Below, piece by piece: positions 48,201 through 57,576 of a DNA stretch of 64,000 nt; the first letter of the stretch is position 1; each line of letters begins with the position of its first letter. The translations under genes and the position numbers were made by a program. The notes beneath the pieces were generated by a model, which saw nothing but the letters and a program-made list of their open reading frames with translations, ran no database searches and had not been told where the DNA came from. The stretch comes from Longimicrobiales bacterium (GTDB lineage: Bacteria; Gemmatimonadota; Gemmatimonadetes; Longimicrobiales; Gaopeijiaceae). The stretch is taken from assembly GCA_965219445.1 (NCBI GenBank), contig CBDCNQ010000003.1:256001-320000 (forward strand). The letters run 5' to 3'.

Positions 48201-48235
48201 AGCACAGTCTACTCTCCGGCGAAGCGGGGGGGTAG
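45221..48235 (+). CDS. Large AAA-ATPase/TPR/LuxR-HTH regulator (MalT/LAL-like)
   Basis: LVGR..EL, GDTGTGKSRL, LDDLHWSD, GNPYF, F.HPL, TPRs, LSQRE..SNKAIAKELGISPRTVSTHL. Confidence 0.88.
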   Translation: MTNTIPPRPLVGRTHELDVLGRALTSAQGGSGAAIFLKGDTGTGKSRLASAVVEEATRVGFETISGQAYRMDTGVPYGLWSNAFFPRLREMDDATLTVLTRGGAEELSIVVPGLRSGGAAEPVFSSAGPGELRTRIQWNFTELLRGLSRKSPLLVVLDDLHWSDPSGLDLFHFVSRQVTEVPLVLLGVYNTKELVHNPAFQTMERPLLSVSGSEALDIGPLSVDESVDLVLGTFQADAGIAEPLARRVHERAAGNPYFVEEILKSLVDSGRLFLQDGRWLGWEVADLDLPASVTEAVSARFGELTSAAREVANVLAVADTRVDHGLLSTVTDQAEVDVLAGLDQLRTEQLIEEATEGAHIVYRFVHPLVQEVIYTEMGLARARALHQGMGEALEHGEASVIDDPAHALAYHFSRAGGDDPRVVRYLAAAGRDALESRANREAERFLREATERVEAGAFTEEDTGVEILRLEEDLAGVLQRLGEYGRAADHWKAALKITVERKDDARAAALHRRIGQAAYFRGLYQEAVSSYTEGLEYAKAAGDRSIEAHLRLYMGIALQDQGNADEAREEMETALAVAEAVADPGLLARVRRGLMTHHTWLGNIEEVREHGREAITLSQQAGDRQITFWVYWQLAVLEGFLGETEVMDRRIQQCREIAKGLRSPVLDLWTSDVLLEHAMAAGEWENGIALGEQAVARARSLGQDALLPRLLVFLSLIYLGRGEIERGRACVDEAWTMSGASSGDHSRVHLVVPAHIGMAAYHVAAGEYEEAIRVGEAGLAIAENTGFIIWAAHRLLPLIGEAYLQIHDAAAGSHIEQRMRRYGKKIGTRTGLAWLSAFEAVKIWYSGDIERATVLLRKAAESLEEVPMIYDAARLRRQLAGRLADLGKKDAALQELRRVHDVFQKIGAQPELKKTRGMFSELNTRPPSISKGTGAAALSQRELEIARLVARRKSNKAIAKELGISPRTVSTHLSNVFQKLEIGSRGELADYAREHSLLSGEAGG

Positions 48236-48286
48236 GTTCAAAGCCAAAAGACGCCCTCTTCACCGATGATCAGAGGCATCAATAGG

Positions 48287-48991
48287 ATGCGACACCCCCT
48301 GTGTACTCTCCTGGCCGTCTCCATCCTTGCGTGCGGTGGCGGAAACGGCCTGTCCGAATCTACAGAGTCCGATCGGGTCCTTTCGCCGGAGGAGTTGGCC
48401 GCCATCGCGCACCAGGCGGTCTGGGAGCCCTCGGCCGCGGACCTCGCAGCCCAGGCACCGGATTCGTTCATGGCGACGTTCGAGACGAGCGCCGGAGATT
48501 TCGTCGTGGAGTTCTATCGTGATTGGGCGCCCCTGGGGGTCGATCGCGTCTACCACCTCACCCGCTACAACTTCTACGCGGGAAGCCGGTTCTTTCGCGT
48601 AAACCCCGGGTTGGTCCAGTTCGGCCTGACCGGCCAGCCCCCACTCGACTCCATATGGGTGAACCTCACGATCCCGGACGATCCGCTCGTTCGAAGCAAC
48701 ACACGAGGGATGGTCTCGTTCGCAAAGGCCGGTCCCGGCTCGCGAAATACCCAGTTGTTCATAAATCGGCAGGACAATCCCATCTATGATACATGTTGCT
48801 CGGGCGGATTCCCGCCAGTAGGCAGAGTGGTGAGCGGCATGGAGATCATCGATTCTTTCTACGCCGGCCACGGCGAGGCGCCGGTGAGGTACCAAGACTC
48901 GATCATGATCGCGGGCAACGAGTTCCTGGATCAACGTTTTCCCCAGCTCGATACGATCACAGCGACCCGGGCGGTAGAGCCGAGAGAGTAG
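48287..48991 (+). CDS. Cyclophilin-type peptidyl-prolyl isomerase lipoprotein
   Basis: ILAC lipobox; WAPLGVDR, FFRV..QFG, SNTRG.VSFA, TQLFIN, GRVVSGM. Confidence 0.88.
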   Translation: MRHPLCTLLAVSILACGGGNGLSESTESDRVLSPEELAAIAHQAVWEPSAADLAAQAPDSFMATFETSAGDFVVEFYRDWAPLGVDRVYHLTRYNFYAGSRFFRVNPGLVQFGLTGQPPLDSIWVNLTIPDDPLVRSNTRGMVSFAKAGPGSRNTQLFINRQDNPIYDTCCSGGFPPVGRVVSGMEIIDSFYAGHGEAPVRYQDSIMIAGNEFLDQRFPQLDTITATRAVEPRE

Positions 48992-49001
48992 CCGGTACGG
49001 G

Positions 49002-50954
49002 CTACCCGATCTCCCCCTCCGCATCCTCCCACTCTGCCATCAGGTCGGCGACCTCATTTTGAAGCGAGCTGCGCTCGGTCTCCAACGCCTTCACCTCGTC
49101 CGGCGGAGTTCGTTCGTAATACTTGGGTTCGCAGAACACTTCATCGATCTCGGCCACGCGAGCTTCTGCTTCTTCTATGGAGGCCGTCAGCTCTTCCTGG
49201 CGCGTCAAGAGCTGTGTCCTTCGGGCCTTCGAGATACCATCCGCGGGTTTCACCTTCCGCCCGTTACCCCTCTCGACCTGCCCATCTCCGGCGCCATCCT
49301 TCCTCTTCTTCGTCCGCTTCTCTGTCTTCGCCTTGAGGATCACACGATCGGCGTCGAGGTGATCGTCCCCGCAGAAGTGCACGTACTCCTCATAGGTCCC
49401 GTGATAGTCTTGGACCTCTTCCGGCTTGATCTCTACGATACGGGTCGCCAAACGGCTGATGAACCAGCGGTCGTGCGACACCAGGATGAGGGTCCCGGGG
49501 AACGCCTTGAGACCCTCGACGAGCGCCTCGATCGACTCGAGATCCAGGTGGTTGGTGGGCTCATCCAACACCAACACGTTCGGTCGTGCGATCGACAATC
49601 GAGTGAACACCAGCCGTGCGGCTTCACCGCCTGAAAGCGCGCTCAGGCGCTTCTTGGAATCGTCCCCGGAAAAGAGCATGAGCGCCAGCCGCGCTCGCAC
49701 ATAGCCAATATCCCTCTCCGGGCAAGAATCCCAAACCCAGCCCTCGGCCGTATTGTGGAGAGGATCGAACTGCTCCTGGTGATCCTGTGCGAAATACGCA
49801 GGGTGAGTCTCGTATCCCCACTCGACCTCGCCCTGGTCCGCATCGAGCTCACCCATGATGATCTTGAGGAGTGTGGATTTTCCGATGCCGTTCGGCCCCA
49901 TGACGGCTAGCCGCTCCCCGCGCTGCACCAGGAGATCCACCCCATGGAGCACGTGGTTGTCGCCGAAGGCCTTTTCCACGCCTTTGATCTTGAGGACGTC
50001 GCGGCCGCTATCTCTAACTTGCTCGAATCGAAAAGTCGGATAGCGGCGGGAGCTGGGAGCGAGCTCGCTCAACCCCTCCGCTTTCTTCTCGATCATGCGC
50101 ACCTTGCTCTGTGCCTGACGTGCCTTGCTCGCCTTCGCACGGAAGCGATCCACAAACTTTTGGTGATGCGCGATCTCGCGTTCTCTAGCGGCGATCCCCT
50201 TCTCCCGGCGTTCCCGCTCGGCCTGCTTCGCCTGGAGAAACGTCGTGTAATCGCCGTGATACAGGAGTATGGACTCGTAGTCGACATCGAGGATGTGCGT
50301 GCAGACATTGTCGAGAAAGCGGTGATCGTGGGAGATCACGACCACGGGCCCAGCGAAGTCGCGCAGGAACATCTCCAGCCACCGGATCGAGAGGATGTCG
50401 AGGTGGTTCGTCGGCTCGTCGAGGAGCAGCACATCGGGAGCGCCGGCTAGAACCTGCGCGAGTAACACACGGAGCTTGAACCCACCGGAGAGCGTGGACA
50501 GTGGATCCCGGTGAATGTGGCCCGGAAGACCGAGGCCCTCCAGGATCTTCGTTGCCCTGGCCTCCGCCGTGTAGCCATCGTAACGCTGCACGGTCTCTTC
50601 CAACTCCGAGAAGCGATCTGCGTCGAAGTAGTCCTCGGCCTTCGCCAGGAGGCCCTCCTTTTCCATCATGGCCTCCCAGAGCTCGGCGTTGCCCATCATA
50701 GTAACCACGAGGATCTCCTCGTCCTCGTACAAGAACTGATCCTGGCGCAAGACACCGAGCCGGAGTCGCTTGGGAATGGTTACCGCACCCTCACTGGCCT
50801 CCAACTCACCGCTCACGATGTCCAGGAAGGTCGTTTTACCGGAGCCGTTGGCACCCACGAGTCCGTAGCGCTCCCCCGCCTTGAGCTGAAGGGATGCGGC
50901 GGAAAAGAGCGTGCGATCGCCGTAGAACTTGGCGAGGTTCGAGATGGAGATCAT
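49002..50954 (-). CDS. ABC-F family ribosome-associated ATPase
   Basis: Two ABC cassettes (GANGSGKT, GPNGIGKS; LSGG; LDEPTNHLD), no TM domain, C-terminal coiled coil. Confidence 0.92.
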   Translation of the reverse strand: MISISNLAKFYGDRTLFSAASLQLKAGERYGLVGANGSGKTTFLDIVSGELEASEGAVTIPKRLRLGVLRQDQFLYEDEEILVVTMMGNAELWEAMMEKEGLLAKAEDYFDADRFSELEETVQRYDGYTAEARATKILEGLGLPGHIHRDPLSTLSGGFKLRVLLAQVLAGAPDVLLLDEPTNHLDILSIRWLEMFLRDFAGPVVVISHDHRFLDNVCTHILDVDYESILLYHGDYTTFLQAKQAERERREKGIAAREREIAHHQKFVDRFRAKASKARQAQSKVRMIEKKAEGLSELAPSSRRYPTFRFEQVRDSGRDVLKIKGVEKAFGDNHVLHGVDLLVQRGERLAVMGPNGIGKSTLLKIIMGELDADQGEVEWGYETHPAYFAQDHQEQFDPLHNTAEGWVWDSCPERDIGYVRARLALMLFSGDDSKKRLSALSGGEAARLVFTRLSIARPNVLVLDEPTNHLDLESIEALVEGLKAFPGTLILVSHDRWFISRLATRIVEIKPEEVQDYHGTYEEYVHFCGDDHLDADRVILKAKTEKRTKKRKDGAGDGQVERGNGRKVKPADGISKARRTQLLTRQEELTASIEEAEARVAEIDEVFCEPKYYERTPPDEVKALETERSSLQNEVADLMAEWEDAEGEIG

Positions 50955-50974
50955 GGGGGAAGAAGGATAGCGGC

Positions 50975-51463
50975 TCAGTTTCGGATGCAGCAGCCGGCAT
51001 CCGTCGAAACGCCAGCGCACGCGGCACCGGAGAGACGGGCGATCGACTCTATGACCACCTTACGCTCTTCCGGACTCAGGTCGGCGAGGACCTGTGCACG
51101 CTCCTCGAGCAAATCTCGCTCGATGCGGTCATACAGCGCATTGCCGCGTTTCGTGATCTCCAGCTGGACGTAGCGGGCATCCTCCACCCGGGGCTTTCTC
51201 TTGATGTATCCTTTTCGTTCGAGGCCATCTGCGAGCCTGCTGGCGCTGCTCTTTTCCAAGAATAGAGAGGCGGCGAACTCATTGAGGGTCATTGGACCAC
51301 CCTTCGCCAGGCGTTCCAGTCCGTGACTCTGGCCCGTCGAAACGTCGTAGCAGCACATCGCGTCCCGATCCCGGAACTGGTATACGCGAAACAGATCTGT
51401 CAGCACCAGCTGGAGTGCTGCAGCATCTCGTTCGAGATCCTCACGACCCCCAAGATTTGGCAT
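50975..51463 (-). CDS. MarR-family regulator with vicinal Cys pairs
   Basis: LEKSSASRLADGLERKGYI.R...EDAR; CC near both termini. Confidence 0.85.
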   Translation of the reverse strand: MPNLGGREDLERDAAALQLVLTDLFRVYQFRDRDAMCCYDVSTGQSHGLERLAKGGPMTLNEFAASLFLEKSSASRLADGLERKGYIKRKPRVEDARYVQLEITKRGNALYDRIERDLLEERAQVLADLSPEERKVVIESIARLSGAACAGVSTDAGCCIRN

Positions 51464-51536
51464 CGAGACCCTCTTATTCCCGGTTGAGCCGCGCCGAGGA
51501 TATCTCACCGCACGTCAAAACAGGAGTCAAACCATA

Positions 51537-51553
51537 AGTTGCAAGACTCAACT
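51537..51553. promoter_or_regulatory. Candidate MarR operator
   Basis: AGTTG-N7-CAACT palindrome in the AT-richer region upstream of the marR-like gene. Confidence 0.45.
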
Positions 51554-51618
51554 GTATACGGGACGACGGCTCGAATCAAGAAGAAACCAGCGCGTGGGGT
51601 TGGGAAATCCCTGAAGAA

Positions 51619-53160
51619 TCAGGTGAAGTAGTCCGATACGTTGATCATGTACTTCTCCGGCTCCGTCACCTTGATAACGGATCGGGCGAAGGACCCGTTG
51701 GGCGCGGCGTCGGACAAATCCACGAGGGGTGGCTCATCGAGCCACACACCATCGGAATCGCAGATCAGACGGATGATCGGCCTGTGAATGAAGGCGGCGT
51801 CAGAATTCGCAGCGTGAACGATGCCTATTTCGTGTGTATCGAGAATCACGCATGTCCCCACCGGATAGATGCCCAAGAGATTGATCAGGGCCTTGACGAG
51901 CACCGCGTCGTGACCGCCGTCGGGGTCCTCTCGGAGCTCACGAAGCACGATGTCAGGCGCCTTTCGCGCAGCGTAGCTACGCGTACTCGTTGCGGCGTCG
52001 AACGCGGCAGCCAAGCCCACGATCTTGGAAAACACCGAGAGCTTTCTGGGTCGCAGGACCTTGGGATACCCAGAGAAATCCATCTTCATGTGGTGCTCGT
52101 AGGCCGTGATCATTCCTCGGTAGGGGATGTCGCCATAATCCCGAAATTGGTATGCGCTGAGGGCTCCGAGCCAAGTGTGGGACCTGAGGGTCTCCTGCTC
52201 CTCTTCCTCGAGTTCGCCCTCTTTCATGATGAGTTCCAGCGGGACCCGGCTCTTTCCTACATTATGGAGCAAAGCGGCCATTCCCAGGTCGAAAAGCCGA
52301 TTCTTGCTCAGGCCCAGCCGGCGACCGATGGCGACGCTGAAGATGCACACGTTGACGGTGTGGGCGAAGCTGTATTGGTCAAAGTCGTTCAACGTGGCGA
52401 GGCCCACCGAGGCCACCTCGTGGTTCAGCACCTGGTCGACGATGCTGCGAACGGCCTGTTTCATCTCTTTGAGATGAGCGCTTCGTCCCATCCGGGAGCC
52501 CTCCAAGAGATCCTTCGTGACGGCTACCGAGTTCTCATAGGTCTGCTTAGCTACCCTCCTGCGTTCCTCTTCATTCGAGAATGGTGTTTCTCCTTCCCCG
52601 GGAACACCAACCTTGATGTTTAGAACCCCACGCTCAACAAGCGCGCGCCGCAGCCGCTCCAATCCCTCTTGTCCCTCGGGCTCGGGTTCGGGCGCACCGA
52701 AACGGAGAACTTCTGAAATGAAGGTCTCCCACTCTCCACCACCCGCCGGTTTTTCCATTCGCACCCAGGCCACGCCCGCGTCGGATAGCGCGGCCACCAC
52801 GAGGCCGAACGAGGCAAAGTTGTCCAGATCCAGGTACAACCGTGAAGCGTTCAGGTAGAGCAGGCGCCCACGGATGCGTATCTCGAAGGCTCCGTCGAGG
52901 ACGAAAATGACCGACGCCGCCTCGGCCAGATCCTCGAGGTTTTGCCTTAAGTCGGCTGTGGCGACGGGGTGGAGCTTGACGGTCCGGATGGCCTCGTAGA
53001 GGGCGGGGAGGAAGCTCCCCCGCAGCTTGTACGCAGCGGCATCCGATTGAGCAGTCGTCTCGGAGGCTGAGACGGAACCATCCTTATCGAAGTCATGGAC
53101 CGGCGTCTCGGAAGGGACGGTCACGCTTGCCTGGTCAGGACCGGCCGTCTGCCCGCTCAT
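51619..53160 (-). CDS. HD-GYP domain protein (degenerate HD motif)
   Basis: HTVNV, LLHNVGK, EHH....SGYP, AAAFDA, LGIYPVG. Confidence 0.8.
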   Translation of the reverse strand: MSGQTAGPDQASVTVPSETPVHDFDKDGSVSASETTAQSDAAAYKLRGSFLPALYEAIRTVKLHPVATADLRQNLEDLAEAASVIFVLDGAFEIRIRGRLLYLNASRLYLDLDNFASFGLVVAALSDAGVAWVRMEKPAGGGEWETFISEVLRFGAPEPEPEGQEGLERLRRALVERGVLNIKVGVPGEGETPFSNEEERRRVAKQTYENSVAVTKDLLEGSRMGRSAHLKEMKQAVRSIVDQVLNHEVASVGLATLNDFDQYSFAHTVNVCIFSVAIGRRLGLSKNRLFDLGMAALLHNVGKSRVPLELIMKEGELEEEEQETLRSHTWLGALSAYQFRDYGDIPYRGMITAYEHHMKMDFSGYPKVLRPRKLSVFSKIVGLAAAFDAATSTRSYAARKAPDIVLRELREDPDGGHDAVLVKALINLLGIYPVGTCVILDTHEIGIVHAANSDAAFIHRPIIRLICDSDGVWLDEPPLVDLSDAAPNGSFARSVIKVTEPEKYMINVSDYFT

Positions 53161-54866
53161 GCGACCTCCTGGCGGAGTGCTTGTGCCGCCGCCGTGCGCA
53201 CAAGCACGTCACGATCCACGATCACCTCTTGAAGGATGAGCCTCGCCGAACGTGTTCCCACGTGGCCTAGAGCGAGCGTCGCGCATGCTCTCGTATCCGG
53301 ATCGCCCCGGCCCCTTCCCAGGCTCCCCCCAAGAATGAGGGTTTTGAGAGTCGGGACCGCAGCCTCGCCGGCGATGCTCCCGTACGCCTCGAAGAAGGCC
53401 CTCTTCTCCGTAAGGTCCAACTTACCCTTTCGATGATTCCGGACTACCGCTTCGATCTCTTCGAGAGCGCCGCTGTATGTGTGTGCCGACAATCCTTGTA
53501 CGGCCGCGATTCTGATATCTGGATCGGAATCCTGAAGGAGTGAGGCCAGCACCCTCAGGCCCTGTGCCGTCGGGACGCGCAGCAGTACGGGAACGAGCGC
53601 CGAGCGAATACGTACCTCGGCGTGGCCGGCCAACCCCTCCAGCTGCTCGCTCAGCCCATTCAACCCCTTCTCCCCGATGAACCGCAGAGCCTCCATGACC
53701 ACGACATCTTCGCTGGAATCGAGGGCGGTCATGATCACACCCGGTCGGGCCTCCGCCACCCGCCCGACGGCTTGACTTAGTAGCTCGTGGGTGTCCGGCC
53801 TCGAGAATCGATGAAGCCACTTGAGCGTGGTCGCGAACCCGTCGGGACGTAGCTCTCCGAGCACCTCCTCGAGGTCCTCCACGGACGGCTCCACTCCTGC
53901 CTGGTCGAGCGCGTGCATAAGCTGTGTCACCGCGCCCGGAGCTGACATCGCTCCGGCAAGTTGGTTCAACTGCGTGAGGTGGTCGGAATCAATCTCAGGA
54001 GCCCTCTTCAGAATCAGGCGGGCCTCCGAGAGGAGGTAGGCGACCGACCGGAAATCGCCACCGATGAGCAGCTGGGGCAGCAGATCCGTTAGGATGGCGA
54101 TGATCTCCGAGCGGACCTCGGGGTCCGTCTGTAGTTCGAAGGTGTCGAAGAGGAGCGAAAGCACGTTCCGACCGAGGTCCTGGGCGTATTCGCGCTCGAC
54201 CTCCTCCCTCAGATATCGAATCTCGGTGGTATCGAGGAAGTAGAGGGTGGACTCGTACGCATCTAGATCGACGATGCTCGGGTTGGCTCCCCCCGTATCC
54301 ACCTCCTCCTCGACCCGCTTCCGGACCTCGTCGGCTTTCGGACCCGTGGCTGAGGCTGAGGCTGAGGCTACGGGCCGGGCTCTCTCCGCCGCGGGCCGCG
54401 CTTTTTCCGCGGTGGCCCGACTCTCCGGCCCGCTGTCCGATGATTTCCATCGGATGTACTGAAAATCGGCAGTCCAGAGCAGCGTCTGGAGGTCATCGAC
54501 ATCCTCATGGGTCAGCGAACGCGAGCGGTGGATTGCTGCCAGGAACGTCCTGGCCTCTTCTTCCTCTACCCCAGGAGAGAAAGCGAGGAACCGGAGCCCG
54601 GCCTCGGATAGGGCCCAGGCCAATCCGTCCTGCTTGTCGACCGGCAAGACGTCGTCCGCTTCCCATTGGAGTCCGCAGTCCGTGACCGTGAGTGGCAAAC
54701 CACTCAGCCGTTCCCAGAGTCCAGCAAACCCAACCCTGACCTTCTCCATCGCTTGCTCGTGGATGGGGTGCCCCGGGCCGTGCACCGGTATCGTGCGGAG
54801 GCCCGCCTCGAGAAGTGTCAGAACTGCCCGGACACGAGAGATGTCATTCGGCTTGGTCGGGGGCAT
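53157..54866 (-). CDS. HEAT-repeat protein translationally coupled to the HD-GYP gene
   Basis: C-terminal helical repeats (D.DIRIAAVQGL, DTRACATLALG, LVRTAAAQAL); 4-bp overlap. Confidence 0.75.
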   Translation of the reverse strand: MPPTKPNDISRVRAVLTLLEAGLRTIPVHGPGHPIHEQAMEKVRVGFAGLWERLSGLPLTVTDCGLQWEADDVLPVDKQDGLAWALSEAGLRFLAFSPGVEEEEARTFLAAIHRSRSLTHEDVDDLQTLLWTADFQYIRWKSSDSGPESRATAEKARPAAERARPVASASASATGPKADEVRKRVEEEVDTGGANPSIVDLDAYESTLYFLDTTEIRYLREEVEREYAQDLGRNVLSLLFDTFELQTDPEVRSEIIAILTDLLPQLLIGGDFRSVAYLLSEARLILKRAPEIDSDHLTQLNQLAGAMSAPGAVTQLMHALDQAGVEPSVEDLEEVLGELRPDGFATTLKWLHRFSRPDTHELLSQAVGRVAEARPGVIMTALDSSEDVVVMEALRFIGEKGLNGLSEQLEGLAGHAEVRIRSALVPVLLRVPTAQGLRVLASLLQDSDPDIRIAAVQGLSAHTYSGALEEIEAVVRNHRKGKLDLTEKRAFFEAYGSIAGEAAVPTLKTLILGGSLGRGRGDPDTRACATLALGHVGTRSARLILQEVIVDRDVLVRTAAAQALRQEVA

Positions 54867-54987
54867 GGCTCGGCAGTTGCGGGGGCGTACTTGAAAGGTA
54901 TGCCCAATGACCGAGAAGACGGAAGCAAATTCGTGGCTCGGATCCGAAGGCGTACCGCCAAGATCCCTCGGCCCACCCGCCGCGACC

Positions 54988-56268
54988 TCAACCTTCCTGT
55001 TCACCCTCCGCCGCATAGGGGGCATCCAGACGAAACTCGGGATGTAGCGCGAGAAACGCTTGGACTCGGGCCTCCCGACTCAACGCTGTCGGAATGAAAT
55101 CAAGCGCCTGCTGCAGCCGCTCGTCGGACGCCGCACAGCTGAACCTCAGGAAGCCGGCCCCCGCGTCGCCGAAGCATTCCCCGCCCAGGCAGGCTACGCC
55201 GAACTGGTCGTCGGCCCCCTCCAGCAGATAGACCGCCAGACCGTGGCTGGTGATGCCCATCCGATTGCAGACGCTCGACACGTCCGAAAAGACATAGAAC
55301 GTGGCACGGGGCTCGAGCGTGCGGAAGCCATCGAGGCGGTTGAGGCCCTCGGTCAGCAAGCTCACCTTTCGGCCGAACTTTTCCATCGCCGTACCCCGCT
55401 CGGAGGAGTCCGTCTCCAACGCGGCCTTGCCGGCGATCTGCACCAAGGGTGGCGTGCACGAGAGCGTCGTGTTGATCATCGTGCCCACGGACTCGGCCGT
55501 GGTGGGCGATGACACGGCGAACCCGAGTCGCCACCCGCTCATGCTGTAGGATTTGCTGAACGTGTACGCGGCAAGCCCATGGTCCAGCATATCGGGCTGA
55601 GCCATCAAGGAATGGTGGCGACCCTTCCACACCATATGGCAGTACGGTTCATCACTGAAGACGGCGATCTGCTCGCCTCGAATCAGGTCGGCGATGCCCC
55701 GGAGGTCCTCCTCGGTCGCCACGCCCCCGGTCGGGTTGTGCGGCGAGTTGAGGAAGATCGCCTTCGGTGAAGGATCCTCCGCCAGGAAGTGCTCGATCTC
55801 CGCAGTGTCCGGCCGAAAGTCGTTCGTCTGCTTGAGGGGTGCGAACACCGGCCGACCGCCTCGTCGCTCGATGTTCGGCACATACGTCGGAAAATAGGGG
55901 CTGAAGACCAACACCCCATCACCCGGATTCAAGAACGCCTCGCAGAAGAACTGCTCGAAGACCTTGGCACCTGGGGCCACGACCACGTTCTCCCGCTCGG
56001 CGGGGATCCCGAATTCGTCGCGAACGAGTCGAGCCGCCGCGTCGCGGAATTCCGGCAGACCGGGTGACGGGCAGTAGTGGGACTGGTTCTGTTCGATGGC
56101 TTCGATGCCGGCGGTCTTGGCCGAATCCGGAGTGTCGAACGGGCTGTCACCGATCTCCAGCTCGACTACATCCTTCCCCGAGGCCTGCAGCTGCTTGGCT
56201 GTAGCCAGAACGGTGAACGCGGTTTCGGCCGTCAGGGACTTCGCGAAGGTACTGAGCTCAACGGTCAC
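54988..56268 (-). CDS. PLP-dependent class I/II aminotransferase (AspB-like)
   Basis: LEIGD, Y....GL...R, NSPHNPTG, SDEPY, FSKSYSMSGWRLG, FLRFS. Confidence 0.9.
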   Translation of the reverse strand: MTVELSTFAKSLTAETAFTVLATAKQLQASGKDVVELEIGDSPFDTPDSAKTAGIEAIEQNQSHYCPSPGLPEFRDAAARLVRDEFGIPAERENVVVAPGAKVFEQFFCEAFLNPGDGVLVFSPYFPTYVPNIERRGGRPVFAPLKQTNDFRPDTAEIEHFLAEDPSPKAIFLNSPHNPTGGVATEEDLRGIADLIRGEQIAVFSDEPYCHMVWKGRHHSLMAQPDMLDHGLAAYTFSKSYSMSGWRLGFAVSSPTTAESVGTMINTTLSCTPPLVQIAGKAALETDSSERGTAMEKFGRKVSLLTEGLNRLDGFRTLEPRATFYVFSDVSSVCNRMGITSHGLAVYLLEGADDQFGVACLGGECFGDAGAGFLRFSCAASDERLQQALDFIPTALSREARVQAFLALHPEFRLDAPYAAEGEQEG

Positions 56269-56449
56269 GGGATCTCGGTGTTGCGAGGGGCGAGCGCATC
56301 GGGGGGCAATCCACCCTCCGACGAGGGCACACAAGATGTGGCCGACTCCTGCGGTGCCACAAGCAGCTTGCAGCGATCGGCACTTGCGAAATGGCAGACA
56401 CCCACTCATGTCGTACCGTGCGACTTACTTGCTTGCGATCCAGGGGGAA

Positions 56450-57325
56450 ATGGTGGCGGACATCGGTGGTCAAAAATCGTCGGAGCAGAGAGTGCGACGG
56501 GTCCTACGGGAAATCCGTTCCGGATCGAGAATGGGTTGGGACGAATTTGCCGAGCGGGTGGGTCACGCCGGCTTTCAGGTATCCCCCGCGGCCGTGCGTG
56601 GGTACGAAGAGGGACGAACGAAAAAAGTCCCCATCGCTTACGTCGATGCGGTGTGCCGCGCTTTTGGTGCGTCGCCGGCAAGCTTCTTCGCGGAGGATCT
56701 CGACGGAGCTCGGGACTCGCCTGATGAAGCCGAACGGCAACTCTCGGCCATCAGACAGATTCTCCGGGAATCTAATCCGGTCGCCCAGAGTCGACCGGAG
56801 GCTCCCCACGAGCCCGGGTCTCTACGGCGCCGTTTCCTTTCCGCAATTTCCGAGTACAGCGATCTCGAGGTGGAGCGGATCTGCGACCTGAACCATGAGA
56901 CGGTTCGGCAGTACCGCCAAGGGCAATGGCCGACCCGCGGCCCCAACGCATCGACCGAAGGCAAGATCGAGCGATTCCTGGAGCTCCACGAGCAGCGGCG
57001 AACGGCTGCGGCCACCCACGAGGGCGAGCTTCCCGCTCTGGTCGAGGGACTGATCGCCTTCGCCGAGGAATGGGAGAATGACCAGGAGTTCCGTGAACGT
57101 TACCCGAAGCACGGATGGATATCGATCACCGAGGACGCGATCCGGCAACTGAGGCGACTCCAGCTGGTGCGCTACGACGATGAGATCGCCTGGCTGGCTT
57201 ATAAACGGGCCGTTGGGTACACCCCGGAAAGTGCCGATGACGTCGGGCTCGCCGACCTAGGTATGAGCATCGACCCGTTTCTATCACGAGCATCGCAACG
57301 CAAAGCCGGAGAAGAGTCAAACTAA
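56450..57325 (+). CDS. XRE/Cro-type HTH regulator with a second HTH-like region
   Basis: LREIR...MGWDEFAERV..SPAAVRGYEEG..VP..AVCRAFG; second region SDLEVERICDLNHETVRQYRQG. Confidence 0.7.
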   Translation: MVADIGGQKSSEQRVRRVLREIRSGSRMGWDEFAERVGHAGFQVSPAAVRGYEEGRTKKVPIAYVDAVCRAFGASPASFFAEDLDGARDSPDEAERQLSAIRQILRESNPVAQSRPEAPHEPGSLRRRFLSAISEYSDLEVERICDLNHETVRQYRQGQWPTRGPNASTEGKIERFLELHEQRRTAAATHEGELPALVEGLIAFAEEWENDQEFRERYPKHGWISITEDAIRQLRRLQLVRYDDEIAWLAYKRAVGYTPESADDVGLADLGMSIDPFLSRASQRKAGEESN

Positions 57326-57432
57326 AATAACCCTAATTATTGCGCTTTTGTACTTTATCAGCTTGATTCCTGTGCAGGGGCATCGTGGCTTCCCCATGAC
57401 CGCCCCCCGGATCAGATCACAGGAGGCACGAG

Positions 57433-57576
57433 ATGAGCAAGCTGATGAGGATGTGGGTGTTCTTGGCGGTCACGGGATTCATGACGGCGTGTGGGGGATC
57501 GCCGGTCGATCTAGCGGGCGGTTGCGGCGGTGTGCCGTCCCCGAACAGCTACTGTGACGACGATGACGACGATTGA
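57433..57576 (+). CDS. 47-aa lipoprotein-signal peptide MSKLMRMWVFLAVTGFMTACGGSPVDLAGGCGGVPSPNSYCDDDDDD (below the ORF-track cutoff)
   Basis: Perfect AGGAGG RBS at 57421-57426; basic N-region, hydrophobic core, MTA-C lipobox. Confidence 0.7.
   Translation: MSKLMRMWVFLAVTGFMTACGGSPVDLAGGCGGVPSPNSYCDDDDDD

Noticed and set aside
54348..54369. GGCTGA hexamer repeat
   Set aside because: In-frame Ser-Ala linker within the HEAT protein.
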